64,000 nt of DNA from Bigelowiella natans CCMP2755 (Eukaryota; Protista; Cercozoa), in the NCBI GenBank assembly GCA_000320545.1, contig ADNK01002346.1, forward strand, positions 1 to 64,000, in the 5' to 3' direction. This document shows positions 20,379-46,206 of the stretch, piece after piece (positions within the stretch are counted from its first letter, which is position 1; each line of letters opens with the position of its first letter). The translations under genes were made by a program, and so were the position numbers. A model generated the notes under the pieces. That model saw only the letters and a list, made by a program, of their open reading frames with translations. It searched no databases and was not told where the DNA came from.

Positions 20379-20509
20379 ACGCAACACCCAAATGGAAGTT
20401 AGGGACAAAAGTAACATGACACATGCATGGCATGTGCTGTGATCCTCTGTATTTAACACGGCAGCGGAGACGTGGTTAGCAAGCTTCAAATCTATAAATC
20501 GAGAATAGG

Positions 20510-20800
20510 TAGATCGATGCCATGCACGTACGTTTGCGCCTCTCCATGTGCACATTTGCTCTACGCTGTGTCGTCGTCGTCGGCCATTTTGTATGTGGGC
20601 ACATATGCCATTGGAAGCAGCTGCATACTGGTGCACATGGATGGCATCGTCGCAACGTGAACTTTCAGCGTGAGTTCTCACGGGCATGGAACGACGGCAG
20701 CATGATCGATCATCAGTGCACGCACTACAGCACATCGTTTCGACACTCGATCTAGCATGCACACCATGCCATCAGTAGCATGAGTGATTTGGCCTTTTCT
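20510..20800. other. Weaker TpG/CpA-rich, partly TpA-depleted island in a convergent gap
   Basis: Dense catg/tgca/gcac words; 20630-20800 has TA only in CTA/TAG context. Confidence 0.65.
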
Positions 20801-20972
20801 CGCTACGATGTGTCTAAGATTCTGCGGCTACAAAATTTCCTTCTTATTGTACTAGTGTAAGCAGCGCAGCGTATTATATTAATACGCCAAGTTTCCCCAT
20901 TTATCTTGTTAAAAGACAGAATAGAAATATCAGATTTACAGAAGCTGGAACAGCGTGTTGCGAATATTTACT

Positions 20973-21496
20973 TCATAAAACATTTTTGGGTTTTTTAAAT
21001 GGTCTCGGTGGTCTCTTTGTTGATTGTCTGCCGTTTATACCTTCATTGTCCAATGGGTGTTCTCTATTTACATTTTTTTTCGATGTATCTTCTCGATTTT
21101 GACGTGCAGCTCTTCTCTTCCTGCTATTCTGGGGAGATTTCATTTGCCTCCTTTCATATTTCTGGAAGAAGATATGGATATTAGTAATGTGCTATTTGTA
21201 ATTATGATCATTGATGCAAAGCAGTCAAACAGCCATTGGTTATAGTCCTTGACATTTGCGTAGTTGTCCAAAAGCATAATATTACACATATCGTGCAGCA
21301 GCACCATTTATCATCATCATCATTATCATCATCATCATCCTCGTAGCTAAACTCTGTTTCTACCTATATTATTTTTTACCTCGGCTTTTGTTCCACGAAG
21401 TCCAACAAATTTCTCATAGCGATGTGTCATCTCTTTGTCCGACACACTACTCTTCTTAATCTTCTTCCCGATGTGAATGCTCTGGTAATCACAAAA

Positions 21497-21530
<34 letters not shown>

Positions 21531-22162
21531 ATGATGATGATGGTGATCACAACAACACACTGTGAAAGAAGTGCTGAGAGGAGAAGTGCGTATCAATATA
21601 GTAGCACATCCAAAAATCGATAAGACCGCAAAGCTGTAATTTTGAATGTGTACCTCCTATTACCAGTAGTCATTATTAATAAGAATTGTCGTATAATTAG
21701 CACTAGTACCAGAGCTTCTTCGTTGATAGCATCAATCACTGGATTGAACCCTCCGAATGATCGCCGACCTTCATTGTTACGATATTAATGAATCACAACA
21801 AATAAAAGGCATTATTCGTGCAAAAACAGATGATGCGAATAATGGATGGCTGGCTGCCACCTCCTCCTCCTACTGCATGCAACTGATATTACAACGTCAC
21901 CACTACTACTACACATACACCTGAACCTAGTTTATTACTAATAATACTACGGGGGAATAGATACACCATAAAGGGTTGCTTATTGCTAGCAATATGGAGG
22001 GGGGGTACCTAGAATATATGGTTTGTTGATGTAGTGACTATCAGGGTCATCTTCATTCTCGAAAATAATCAACGATGATGGCGACACACTCGAGGAACCA
22101 CTGACCGAATTTGTATAATTAGATTGATAAAGATGATGATGATGGGCGTGATCATGATGATG

Positions 22163-22194
<32 letters not shown>

Positions 22195-22898
22195 GTTGGC
22201 AGATGATGAAGGTGAGAGAATGAACAAGATAGTTTTTACTACGATGGTGGTGATTATATTGGCAGCGTTTACACACATCGTTATCGCCACGATAATACTA
22301 CTTCTAAAAAATGTGGTTGCTATTAAGATTGATCTCCTTCTCTTTCTCTCTTCACTAACCTAGTTTTCCCTCCTCCTCCCCCCTCGTTTGTCCATTGTGC
22401 CTCCTTTTTCTTTCTGATTCTCGCTGCAGAGTTGGATAAGATTATTAGGGTTATTGGACGGTAGTGAGTAGTAGTAGTACACGCTTGTTTTCAAATGCAC
22501 TTTTATACAACTGTGTGGGCGTAGCGTAATGCTACCAAGTAAATCTATGAACATTCCTTGTTATGTAACTGTGTGGGCGTAGCGTAATGCTACCAAGTAA
22601 ATCTATGAACATTCCTTGTTGGCTCCCTCTATTCTATGGATAACTTTCTATGTGCTTCGAGTTGATGATTAAAATAAAACCTTTCTGTAGCTTTTGAATC
22701 CGCTGGGCCTCAGCTTTGCGCTTCATGAACTATTATCATTGAAGAAGTTGCAATAATACACATGATTTGTTTTTGAGTCGAAACTCATGCTCCCAATCCA
22801 AAATTGTTTGCCCTTCCTTGAGCTCTATCTTTCATATTTATGTATTCAATTTTCAGCAGTTACACCTTCATTTCGCTTAGCTTTTTGGAGAGTACCAT
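20973..22898 (-). CDS. MPP6: M-phase phosphoprotein 6 (nuclear exosome cofactor), multi-exon
   Basis: Spliced: MVLSKKLSEMK|FMKRKAEAQRIQKLQK|ARIRKKKEAQW...|...KPYILG|RRSFGGFNPVID...|SVSDKEMTHRY...|...RPFKKPKNVL*. The LS..L..MKFM, GR.SF.GFNP and F.KP motifs characterise the family. Confidence 0.88.
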
Positions 22899-23419
22899 CT
22901 TGACTACTACTTCTACCCTAAGGTGTTCCAAGGGCTGGCTGGGTTTTTTATCTGAAGGAGTATGATGTGATACGCACTACTGCTACTACTACTACGCTTG
23001 GTCTAGGAGCATGTTGTACGATCCTGATGAGTGTGTGCAGTCGTATGAGGGTATTTCAAATTCAAATTAGCCCATATTTGCAAGTCGCAGGACAATAATG
23101 TACTCAATATATCCATCGAATATTATCTGATGATATATCATATGAGATTCTCCACATACGACTTACCATTTTGGGATATATTTGTCAACAATACGCCTTG
23201 CATCTCCCCCATTGTTGTTGAGCCAAGCTCGTAATGCTGCAATCATTTGCTCCCTCCACCCACAGGGGGAGTACAGGACAGGAAGGCAGGATGTAAATGA
23301 TGGCAGAATTATTCTTTGGCTAAATAAAACAATTGAGGCATTAAGAAAAAGATAAGGAGCCCATCTATCTAGCAAATTATGTGTTTTGCAATAATATCCT
23401 CTCTGATTACAATCCAATA

Positions 23420-24706
23420 ATGATGAGAAGAAGCTGCTGCTGCTGCTGCTGGAACATGGTAACAGTTGTGTTGCTTCTATCGACTGTCCTTGCCTTTGGA
23501 GCAGAGGATGGTGCAAATGAAGAAGGGGAAGTCCCTGGCACACGCCACATATATGAAAAAGTAGTATTGAACGAGATGAACAGGCGAATTGATGGCTTGA
23601 AATACCAGAAATATGACGACACTGTGCAGAGAGAAAAACGTCAAAGCGAGGTGTTATCCAGGTAGACTTAAGTAGATTAAATGAATAAGAAAATAACACG
23701 ACGTCAGTGTATTTTTTGCTTTTGTGGAATCCTTTTGAGCGATGCACCCATCCCGCGGGAGAGCAAGCTAGGTGTTATTATATCCATTAAATCAAATTCG
23801 AACAACCATTCCCTTCTTTTCATATGTCTCATCTGAATAATTATCAGAATACGTAAGGAGTCAATGAGTGATTCTCAAGCTGTCAACCCAAAAGCACAGA
23901 ACATGAACATTGGTGACAATGGCGGAAAAGGTGGTGCAAGAGGTAGTAGTATATCAGATGGATCTTCACCGCTGCCAAAGTCATTTTACACAAGACAAGC
24001 TAAGAAGGGTGGGAGAAAAAAGTACATAGGCCCAAGACAGCCTCCCTCTCTGGAGACTGCTGCAACTGACACGTGGACAACGAAGGATGTAAAACGGCAG
24101 ATGAAGTGGGAGAAGGTGTTAGATGGTAACTCCCTTAAAGGATGGAAACCAAAATCAAAGTCACCTCTCACCAGACTGCTTTACGATTTAGGTTGTCAGC
24201 TGCTAGTAGTAGTAATAGTAGTAGTGGTAGTGGTTAGTGGTAGTTGTTCTTAGTATTATCTCTTCATCTCAAGTGATGATTTTAAACGACGTCATACCTG
24301 CTGCTAATTGACTACTCTTTGAATATTGATTGTGTTGTCGTTGCATAAATGTTTTCAACGCAGGAAAGATTCTCACTTACTTGTACCGGCGTTTGACAAA
24401 CCAAGTAGTAATAGTACGAGTAGTTGTAGTACTATCTATCATTAAAGAGAAACCATTCCACACCACATCAACAGATATATAGCGTTCTCCTCTCCTTGCT
24501 GTGATTATTATTAAACACGACGAATAGATATATAACATTCTCCTCTCCTTGGTGTGATTATAATAACGATTTTGTTGTTATTGTTGTTGATGATGATGAT
24601 GATGACGTAAGCTACATATTTATTGAAGAACGCTATGCCATTAACAATGACCACCACCACCATTACCAACATAAAAGCGCTTGCTTTGATAATATCACAC
24701 TCACGA

Positions 24707-24747
<41 letters not shown>

Positions 24748-24857
24748 AATACCTACTACAGGTGTATGGCCTTGGGGTAGATGATCGTGAGCATCTAAAC
24801 TTGATTGCTACGGAATGGTCAGAGAGTTGCAGGAGGTGCTAGTAACATGCTAGCATA

Positions 24858-24901
<44 letters not shown>

Positions 24902-25065
24902 AAGAGCAGGAGATATACTACTTAGCTTGCAACTATTGAGCACCATGCCTTCCCTGTTCTCCTTACTCGAAGAAGCGGCAAATAGCAATAATAAACAACA
25001 CAAACAGCCGCTGATTAATGTTCCTCGCTATTATTTTTAGTAACTAAAACTGCTGTGTGTGCGTG

Positions 25066-25139
<74 letters not shown>

Positions 25140-27447
25140 TATTTTCTTGTGTACACATTTTTCTTTGTTGAATGCGGAAATGTATTATCATGATCAACTT
25201 TTGGAAACCTAAAGTCACCCTGATGCTGGTGCTAAAACATATGATGATGATAACGTACGTCGGCTTATGATTAGATATCGTGAATTAATGGCATCTGGAG
25301 CAGAATTGGGCGAGCATGTCGGAATAATCATCATCATATGCATATATATATATATATATATATATATGGCAGAATTGGGCGAGCATGTCGGAATAATCAT
25401 CATCATAAGTTTTCTCTTTGTCCGAATAAAAATATAACAACAATAATAATAACAACAATAATAATAACAACAATAATAATAACAACAATTATAATAACAA
25501 CAACAAAAACAACGCTCATCATTTGCATAGTACATATGCCTGCAACAGAGAGAGAGAGAGGGGGGGGGGGGGGGGGGGTGATTACTATAAAACATTCTTC
25601 AGAATCCATTTTCAGAAGCTATTTCGACTGCCTTCCATTTGTCCCCAACCCCTTCTTTTCTCTCTCTCCCTCTCTCCCTCTCCCCCTATACTACGTTCTT
25701 TAAAATACATGATGAACAACACACAGGGATGGGACCATATCACATTCAATGCATCAACACTGTATATATGCTTATTGTATGTTAATATGTATGTTTGAGT
25801 GTGTACATGTGTTATATCGTTGTGGAGGGGATATCCTGGGTCGGCGGAATTGTTTCTAAATATATTGACTCTAATAATAAGCTAATGTGAATGATGATGC
25901 CACTAGTTTCTCGAATTGAATCAAGTCCCAAAGTTTGAAGAGTTCTGCCTTCCTTTCCCAGCTTCCAAAGCAAGTAGCACTACACCTTTCCAAACACACA
26001 AAGAAAGGCTTATTCTGCTCAAACAGCATCAACAAAAGGAGTTGGTAATACTATACTATCTAACCATATACATGCTGTAAGAACTGTTGCAAAAGGCTGC
26101 TGCAAGTGAATCAAACCAAAGAGACTACGACAGCAGCAGCAGCAGCAGCAGCAGCAGCAAAGACAATAACATAATGTAGAGCTGAGTGTGTTATATGGTG
26201 GTGTGTGCAAAGACAATGAAGAAATTGTAGCCATCACAACTTTTGTTTTAGTTTTTTATCTTATACCCTGTCTTATTAAACAAATTAATCAAACCGTCTA
26301 CAACAACTTCCAATGCCACAACTACCACTACTACCGCTAATGACCAACATTCTTAGAAATACACGGAGCTCAAACTAGCGAGGGATCTGCGTGAGTTTCA
26401 TCCCGACACAAGGTTGTTGTAGTAATAGTAGTTGTAGTAAGTAGTAGTAGTAGTAGTAGTAGTAGTAGCAGTACAAGAATGTTTATACCGTAGTAGCTTT
26501 CATGGATAAAATTTAACAAATGATCTTAGACGCCTTCTTACCGCTGTCTCTGAAATCATCATCATCATCATCATTTTCTGCCTTGATTTCTTTGCATCCG
26601 TGAATATTACTTCTTAGACTTACTTTTTTGATGCTCTGGAGGCGAAATCACACAATCGATATGATGAGAGGATATAATGTAGGTTAAATTTCAAATGGAT
26701 TGTTCGTGTCCAAACAACTGACATTGACAATTAGCACATGGAAAATACTGCTTTTCAGCATCATCGAATACACCACACATACATACTCGACAAATATTTT
26801 TAGAAATGGTGAAAATAATACACAAAGATTATAGATTTGGTTGAGTGGTCATCGATTTATGTTTGTTAATCTGTTGTTAATAATCAGAGGTGTGTTGAAA
26901 GACTTAAGATGAAACAAGAAGACGTAGAGACGAATGTAATTGTTGTTCAAAACTTGACAACGTTTAACGCTCTTTTACACTTACAATCATAAGTCGAGGA
27001 GACGAGTATCACACAAATCCCACCTACTTATCTTTTGAATTGCAAATAATATGTAAATTATATATTGATGGTTGTATGTGTGTTTATACCTTGGTAGATT
27101 GGCCCTTACTCTGAAAAAGTTAAACTTCCCCCAATGGTGAAAGATCGAATGGCGGTGGAAAAAGGAGGAGCTAAATTCAAATCTATTCATCAAAAACAAA
27201 ATTACAACATTCTCCAACAACAACAACAACAACATAGGGAACACCCTAAGCTAAATCCCCAGCATCGGCAGGGCGACGGTGAAAATCCATTGCCCCTCCT
27301 CCCGCCTTCTACCCAGTCAAAGAACTACGATAAACACAGACCGGGATTCAACGGTGTCGATCTGGTAGGTCAATTTAAGTGTTTAAATTACCATCATTAA
27401 AGATTATGACAGCGTTCTGATGAGTCTACTTTTCACACTAGGAATGA
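23420..27447 (+). CDS. Hypothetical protein with N-terminal signal-peptide-like segment, about 12 exons
   Basis: MMRRSCCCCCWNMVTVVLLLSTVLAFG-AEDG...; phase-consistent GT-AG exon chain (EVLSR|IRKESM..., GKILTYLYRRLTNQ|VYGLG..., GWDHITFNAST, KYTELKLARD, LTFLMLWRRNH, ...NGVDL|E*). No family recognised. Confidence 0.65.
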
Positions 27448-27609
27448 ATGAATATCGGTGAGTATGACATGCAACAATGTGCAAGGCGGCATCTTATAGG
27501 AAATGAAATCATTATACTACTACGCATATTTCCATTCATGTGTTTGCTGCAACGTTTAATCATAGCAAGTTCACCACATACACATTGCTTTCGAGCATAG
27601 AATCAAAAT

Positions 27610-27860
27610 ACTTCATCACATGTCTACATCTAGAGCAAAATGTTACATCATGTCTAGATGTGCAGCCGACAGCAAATTAAAAATTTCCTCGCCTACCTGA
27701 ACTGTAGAACATCGGCTTCACACAGAATTGATGTTGCACATCTAAACATGCATTCATCGCACACATTGCACTCTAGTACTTGTGCATGCAAACTCCGCTA
27801 GACCTATACAGCTAAGCTAAACTGCAGAAGACTACACTAGCTACATGCATGTGCCTTGGT
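27610..27860. other. Moderate CTA/TAG-biased, TpG/CpA-rich island in a convergent gap
   Basis: About 5 CTAG, with most remaining TA in CTA context. Confidence 0.55.
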
Positions 27861-28003
27861 ATGTGTGAGACAGATGTAATTAATCAATTAAATTTGTTCA
27901 ATGGTCATCCTTATGTAGCTATGTGTACATGTATGACGACTAGATAAGACAGATGTATAATGGAATAAGCAACTTGTAAACAAAACATCTCCTCTTCAAG
28001 GTT

Positions 28004-29245
28004 TTATTCCTTTAGATTCTCCTCCTCCTTTCGCTCTTCGTGAGGTGGATTTTCGATCTTTGAAACGTCATAGTGTTGCTCTTTAGCAATCTGCACATAC
28101 TCTTCGTATATCTGTGCGGATAGAATTGGAGAGATAGATTATGGTTTCGTAGTGTAAGCTTGAAATCTCTTACACTTTTCTTATTTTATTGAAGCCGCCT
28201 TTTTACCTTCTTGTCCATGCTTTTTGATTTACTCATAATCCACAGGTATGCTCTACTTGGATAACCAACCATACAATTTGTATGATCATCGCTAAGCTCC
28301 ATAAGAAGGTATGGTAACTGTCGTAATAAATGGGAGAAGAGAGTGATTATTGGGAGGAGCATGTTATGGCATCAGCTGTAGAATGGTTGTACACAATCAT
28401 CCTCATCATCATCCTCATCATCATCCTCATCATCATCATCGTTGCCGCCGTCTCATCACCATCTTCATTATCATAGCACAAACATCCTCACTTTGACAGG
28501 CCAGAATGGTGATGCTTTCATGCTACCACTTGCCTTTGGATATCCATCTACATACAGTGTCTGATAAAAAGTTGAGACAATAGTAGTAGTAGTAGTAGTA
28601 GTAGTAGCAGTATCAAAGGATGAAAGTTAAATTCATAAAGAACTGTATGTATATGTATATAAGCTAAGTTAAATTCATAAAGAACTTTATGTATATGTAT
28701 ATAACCTGTTGAATCGATTTCTTAGCTCCTGTTACTGTGCCCTTATTAAACTGGAAATCTACTGCAATCTGAAAATACATATACTAGTGTTGACTATACT
28801 AGTGTGACCATGGCACATATAAGAAAGAGATATTTGGACCGAATCGTACGATACTCTAATACTGTATCACAACCCCTATCATCCGCCAAATATATAATTT
28901 CTTTGTGCCCCATGGCAAAAATCCCAATGAAGTACACTGTTATTTATTGATTCGAATCGCAATTTATAAACTCGTAATTAGCTATACAAATAGGTGGATT
29001 TTTTATCGTTTTACAAACCGCTTTCTTTTTAGAATCCCAAGAATATTTTTCAATAGGATTACAAGCGCCTTTTTCAAAATACGTAGGAATTACCCCGATC
29101 ACATACCTACATGGTAAGAAGACATCGCTTAAACAGGAGGGAACACTTGAATACCGCAAGAAACGCACCAATCTCCAATAAATTTCGGAATATCGACATC
29201 TTTGACAGTCCGAAGGGCTGGTAGCTTGCTTGTGCTTGATCCCAT
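28004..29245 (-). CDS. Lipocalin (Blc/ApoD-like), 6 exons, predicted N-myristoylated
   Basis: MGSSTSKLPALRTVKDVDIPKFIGDW|YVIGVIPTYFEKGACNPIEKY...SPFWPVK|LPYLLMELSDDHTNCMVGYPSRAYLWIMSK...; lipocalin GxWY and YLWIxS motifs. Confidence 0.9.
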
Positions 29246-29652
29246 GGGTTGTTCGTCTTCTTCTTCGCTCCAGTCGTCTAATCTTCCCAAGGTAGCAGTG
29301 CAACGACGTCGACCAATGAGGAGGAGCACTTCTTCTTCCTTTGGTCTAGCTTGATCTCTCAAGATCTCTCAATCTCTAATAAAACTCCAAACATCTCTCA
29401 AGCTCTCTCAAGCTCTCGATCTCCTTCGATCTCTTAGCTCCAAGCTCCACATCCCAGTCGTATGACTAGTATATACCTACAATTTAGTGTAGCGACTTCC
29501 CAAAAAATGATTGGTTTTTAAATTTACGACTGACAATTAAAAGATATCCATCTCTACGAGCAACCTGATTATTCATTCAGAGATCGACCCCCCCCCCCCT
29601 CAATACCTGCCTTCGCCAAATCGAAAGAAAATATCCATCCCTATTATTCACA

Positions 29653-29678
29653 ATGATAGCGAATAGTGGTGGTTGTGG

Positions 29679-29723
<45 letters not shown>

Positions 29724-31455
29724 GGATAGAAAAAGGTCCTCCTCAACACGAGGAACAGCAGAGCTCCTACTCTCCGGAGTATCCAAGAAGGAAGAGGATG
29801 TTGACATTTATCGTGATACCTGGATTCGGTATTATTAACGATGATTCATGCACTGTGGATTATTGGCATGATGTGTCATATGATGCTGTTTCACAAAAGA
29901 GTATATTACTTTCATCGTTTAAGATCCCTAAAATTTATTGTCTTTGTCGACAAGCAAGCACTCTTAGCACCTTTAAATGATGATTACTCATCTTGTCCGC
30001 TTTTCTAGATATCTAGGATACGCAAATGAACTTGGAGAAGCGTTCCGTCCCCTCGTATCAACTACCTTTGTGAGAGGGACATATGGAGTTTCGACGGTAA
30101 ATAATATATCAACGTCGGTCACATACAGCAGCACGGTTGTGTGCGGTGTGTATGTGTGTGTGTGTGTTTGAGTATGTGATAATATTAATTCTTGTGCAAG
30201 GATGAACCTACTCCAAACTGTTCAATTAGAGGCAGAAATTAATGTGATGATAAGGATAGTACTGATTATTCTTAAACAGGCTTACGTTCTTGCGGATACG
30301 TATGACAAGGTGCAACGATGCAAAAAGGTATTAAGAAGGAAGGTGGTGGAGATAGATACTCTCATTTTTATAGCTAGTAATCCGAAAGCTGATAAGCTCT
30401 GCGTCAGGGACATACAGCGAAAGTCTTCTCCAGCGGTTACAAGTAGATTTCAAACTGCTGAGATGGTAGAGGCGGGGACCGATACGCTCCTTTGGCAGGT
30501 ATATATGCACACATACATGGTAGTAGAGTAGGGAAGTTATTATTATCATAAGTCAGTCGATGTTGTTTTTGCGAAATGTTTTTACTACTACTGCTACTGC
30601 TACTACTACTACTACTACTATCATTAGTACTACTCTGCATTTATTTCGATTATAATCATGATACCATCATCGTCATTATCGTCGCACTATTTGCACGATT
30701 ATGTATTTGTGGGAGGGTTATTTATCAGTTTTTAATCTCATTGACAAAGTAAGAAAGTTTATTACTATGGGAGCGGCATTACTGTATTGTACGTGCTTCA
30801 TGGTTTTTTTATTTAACGTTTACTTAATGGAAAGGTCGTGATTCTGTTCTCTCTTCGTACATAGAAAGCCATGATATCTGCTGTTGTTATAATGTATTCC
30901 ATACAGGGTCTCGCTTCTGTCATTGTACCAGGCTTCACAATTCATCAAATTGTGCATTGGACATCACGTTCATTGCGCGTCATAAAGGCCCCCAAATCTG
31001 CCGTCACAATCATTCCAACTGCTGCAGGACTTGGGTATCATTATTTCATCTCAAAATACATTTCTATGTACACCATATCATCAATCATATGCTATTATAT
31101 CTAACCCTAATCCTAATATTTACAGCATCACCTCTGCGACAACGATTATCACTCAATCCTTTCTTCAAGTTTACTAATTTATACATAGAGGATGCTGTAG
31201 TGTAATCTGTATTCTATTGGTTTGACTCATTATTACAGAGCAATTCCCTTCATCGTTCATCCGATTGATGAGGCCATTCACTGGGTAAACAGAAATGCTT
31301 ATTTTGACAAATAAATCACTCTTGTAAATGGTTCTGAATTTACTTATCTGATAACTTCCTGATGCTGATGTTAATTTTAGCTTGGAGACAATACATGGAG
31401 AGCATGGGCAAAGCCCTTGAAGCGGTGGTACTCACAGAGTGACAAAGATGAATAA
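29653..31455 (+). CDS. MTFP1: Mitochondrial fission process protein 1 (MTP18)
   Basis: DIYRDTWIR|YLGYANELGEAFRPLV...AYVLADTYDK...DTLLWQ|GLASVIVPGFTIH...AIPFIVHPIDEA: family signature motifs. Confidence 0.95.
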
Positions 31456-31599
31456 TCATCAAGCAGCAGCCAAGGCGGGTGGCTAGTAAGTAAGGATGCA
31501 GGTAGCATAGGTGTGTTGTTACCATTTTTAAGGTCTTTTCTCAGCACGTACGTGGTGGCATTGCAGCTCATGGTGACTGGAAATCACATCGAAGAGCAT

Positions 31600-32450
31600 G
31601 ATTATGCAAAGAATAATCTGCGCTTGCACACGCTGCACAGTAGATACGTACGGCGCCAGTTCGTAGCTGCTGGTAGCCATTGTACGTAATTAATGATGAT
31701 GATGATATCCATCAAAGTGGCATATATGCGGTTTGAAATCTGGTCTATGTGTGCAACTTCCATCGCATGCATTCAATTGATGTCCACGTTACAAACGGCA
31801 CACACGCCTACTAGTGTGGATACCATATGCACATATCGATTATACCAGTGCTAGCTGCTAGGCATTATTGCATTGCGCGCATGCATGCGTGCGGCGGGTG
31901 CACACGGACAGACCTAGTGTGGACGTCGTCGTGGTATTGATCAGACGCATGCGCAGAGAGTGCGACTGTCTCATAGCATAGCGACTGCCTGATGATCATG
32001 CATATGTTAGTTATATTAGACATATAGCCAGCGCATGATTGTTAATTGTAAGTAGTAGTTTTTGGTGGTCTGTCGGTAACGCTATGATCGTTGATTGTGA
32101 CACACACGCACAAACATCCATTCAGTATATTGTCAAGAAAGCTAGAAGGACTCTTTCTAGCTGCTCACAGAATGAACTATACGCACTAGCTACTGTTAGC
32201 GTGCTGTTGGCTAGTCTGATGCTACCGATGCTTGGGAGGGGCGGTCATCCCATCTCATCATGATGCGCCATCCTGCCTCGCTGCTAGATGCACGCGCATT
32301 TAGCAGATCACCACAGCGCGTCTGGCACGCATCGTTGAACAGACAATTAATCATGCTTTGTTTGTGTGGTTGCTCATTCGCATGCATGCTGATTGACTGC
32401 AGCAGATGAAGTGCTATCATCACATCGGCACAACTTGATTCCTTCTTGAA
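31600..32450. other. CTAG-enriched, TpG/CpA-rich island in a convergent gap
   Basis: About 9 CTAG between 31800 and 32300; many gcatgc/tgcac words; unprotected TA is rare in 32190-32450. Confidence 0.7.
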
Positions 32451-32558
32451 TCTGTTGTAGCGAGTTTTTACTTACTCGAGACAAATACATAAATGCAGTT
32501 GCTTGCGGACTAACGGCGCGGATGTGCCTATATGCACCTATGAATGCTCTTCATCTTT

Positions 32559-44540
<11,982 letters not shown>

Positions 44541-45373
44541 GATGCACTCCTTTCGGCACGAGAATAAACTCGCAGTTAGCTTAAGCCTGTGTGCCTGTGG
44601 TTAGCTCCTCGCTCACAGTGCACCACATGGGAGGGGTTTGGGGCGTTTTATGATCCTGTCTTTACTGTGTCCAATGGGTGGAGTTTGTTGTCGCAACCCA
44701 ATAATCTCCTACATTTTGTTGTCACATTGTTACATATTTCTTGTCGATGTGTTTATACAATTGCGATTAAGTCAGGAAGGCAACAAGCACGATGCCGGAA
44801 TCGTTACAAACCTCTTACAAAAAAAAGCAGTCCCCTAGAATATATTGCTGCGACTGGGAAAATACAAAAATTAGTAGGGGTATTCGGTAGTTATAGAAAC
44901 TTATGTACAAACCTGGATTTACTCCTTGCGACAACTAGTCGCTTGAACGACGTAAGAAAAAATCTAACGCGGTCGACATCGCAGCCAAAGTTCGTGAAAG
45001 AGAAGTTGTAGAAATTCCAGAATTGTCCTTTTTGCCTTGAAAGCAATGTTCCTAGTCGTTAAAAGAGGACAAAAGTACTGCATTTTCATACTTTAAGCTC
45101 ACTTGTGCTGCTAGACCGACTGAAAACTGTGATGGGACAAACGAAGAAAGGTCCATTTGGGAATGAAATTTAAGCCAAGAATTACCAAGATCATCGATAG
45201 ATTTTCTGACACCAATGAATGATAAATTATACAATGTGACCGAGATTTCTGAATAACATATTCCGTACTTTCACCAAAAAAAAGACGACTGAATCAATCA
45301 ATCAATCACTCAACGAACCAGCCACACAGCCGCCTGAGGTTCCAGACGAACGAACGGCAGAGCGAATAGAGCC

Positions 45374-46103
45374 ATGGGTTTTACACCCCCAGCTCCCACG
45401 GTCTTTGCTCCTCCGCCACCTGCACTGGAACTGTTCTTCGGTGGGATTGGTGATCGTGTTCGAAGTGATCCAAAAAAATGTCTGCAGGGCCTCAGGAACG
45501 GTGGCAAGCTGACCTTAAGGGTGCGCGTCCTCGGAGGAGCAAAGGAAGCAAAATACCCAAGTGACCACGTTGTAGAGTGGGATATGACTTTCATCAAGGT
45601 CGGATATTTGAGATCTAAATTTTGGCAATGAAGCAGATTGTAATAGCTTGGTTTAGAAGCGTAGTTTGGTTGCACATTAAAAGACTACCGGGTTGAAAGG
45701 TGGAATGGGCTATTATTCGAACTTGCTTTTTCTGGCTTACTTTCATTCTAGCAGTAGTTGCGAGTTGACTGGTTGTGTAGCTACACTCTTCCAATTCTCA
45801 TAGTAGTTTAATATGTATACATACATACATACCATGGGGGGGGAACAAATGCAGGATGCACCTTCACCGTTACAAAGCTTCATAGTCCAACCTGCTACTT
45901 CGAATCGAAAGACAGATAGGTAATTGCGTTGTAGAACTATCGTAAGGATATGATGGCATAAAATTTATTATTTAATTTTGCGGTCACCAGTTGCCTTGAG
46001 TTTGGTTCGATGGAAGTGCTAAATACGTTGATGAAGGAAGGAAAAGAGGCGAAGAGAACGGAAGGTGTACATAGTAAACATAATGCCATTCTCCATTGCA
46101 TTC

Positions 46104-46150
<47 letters not shown>

Positions 46151-46169
46151 GTGTGTTATACCTGTGTGA

Positions 46170-46206
<37 letters not shown>

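Noticed and set aside
31101-31117. ctaaccctaatcctaat, interstitial telomere-like sequence in an MTFP1 intron
   Set aside because: Fewer than three imperfect units; compatible with chance.
45374-45631. Stand-alone 85-aa intronless gene
   Set aside because: A donor at 45599 joins it in phase to downstream exons that complete an SCP2-like domain of the ABC1 gene.
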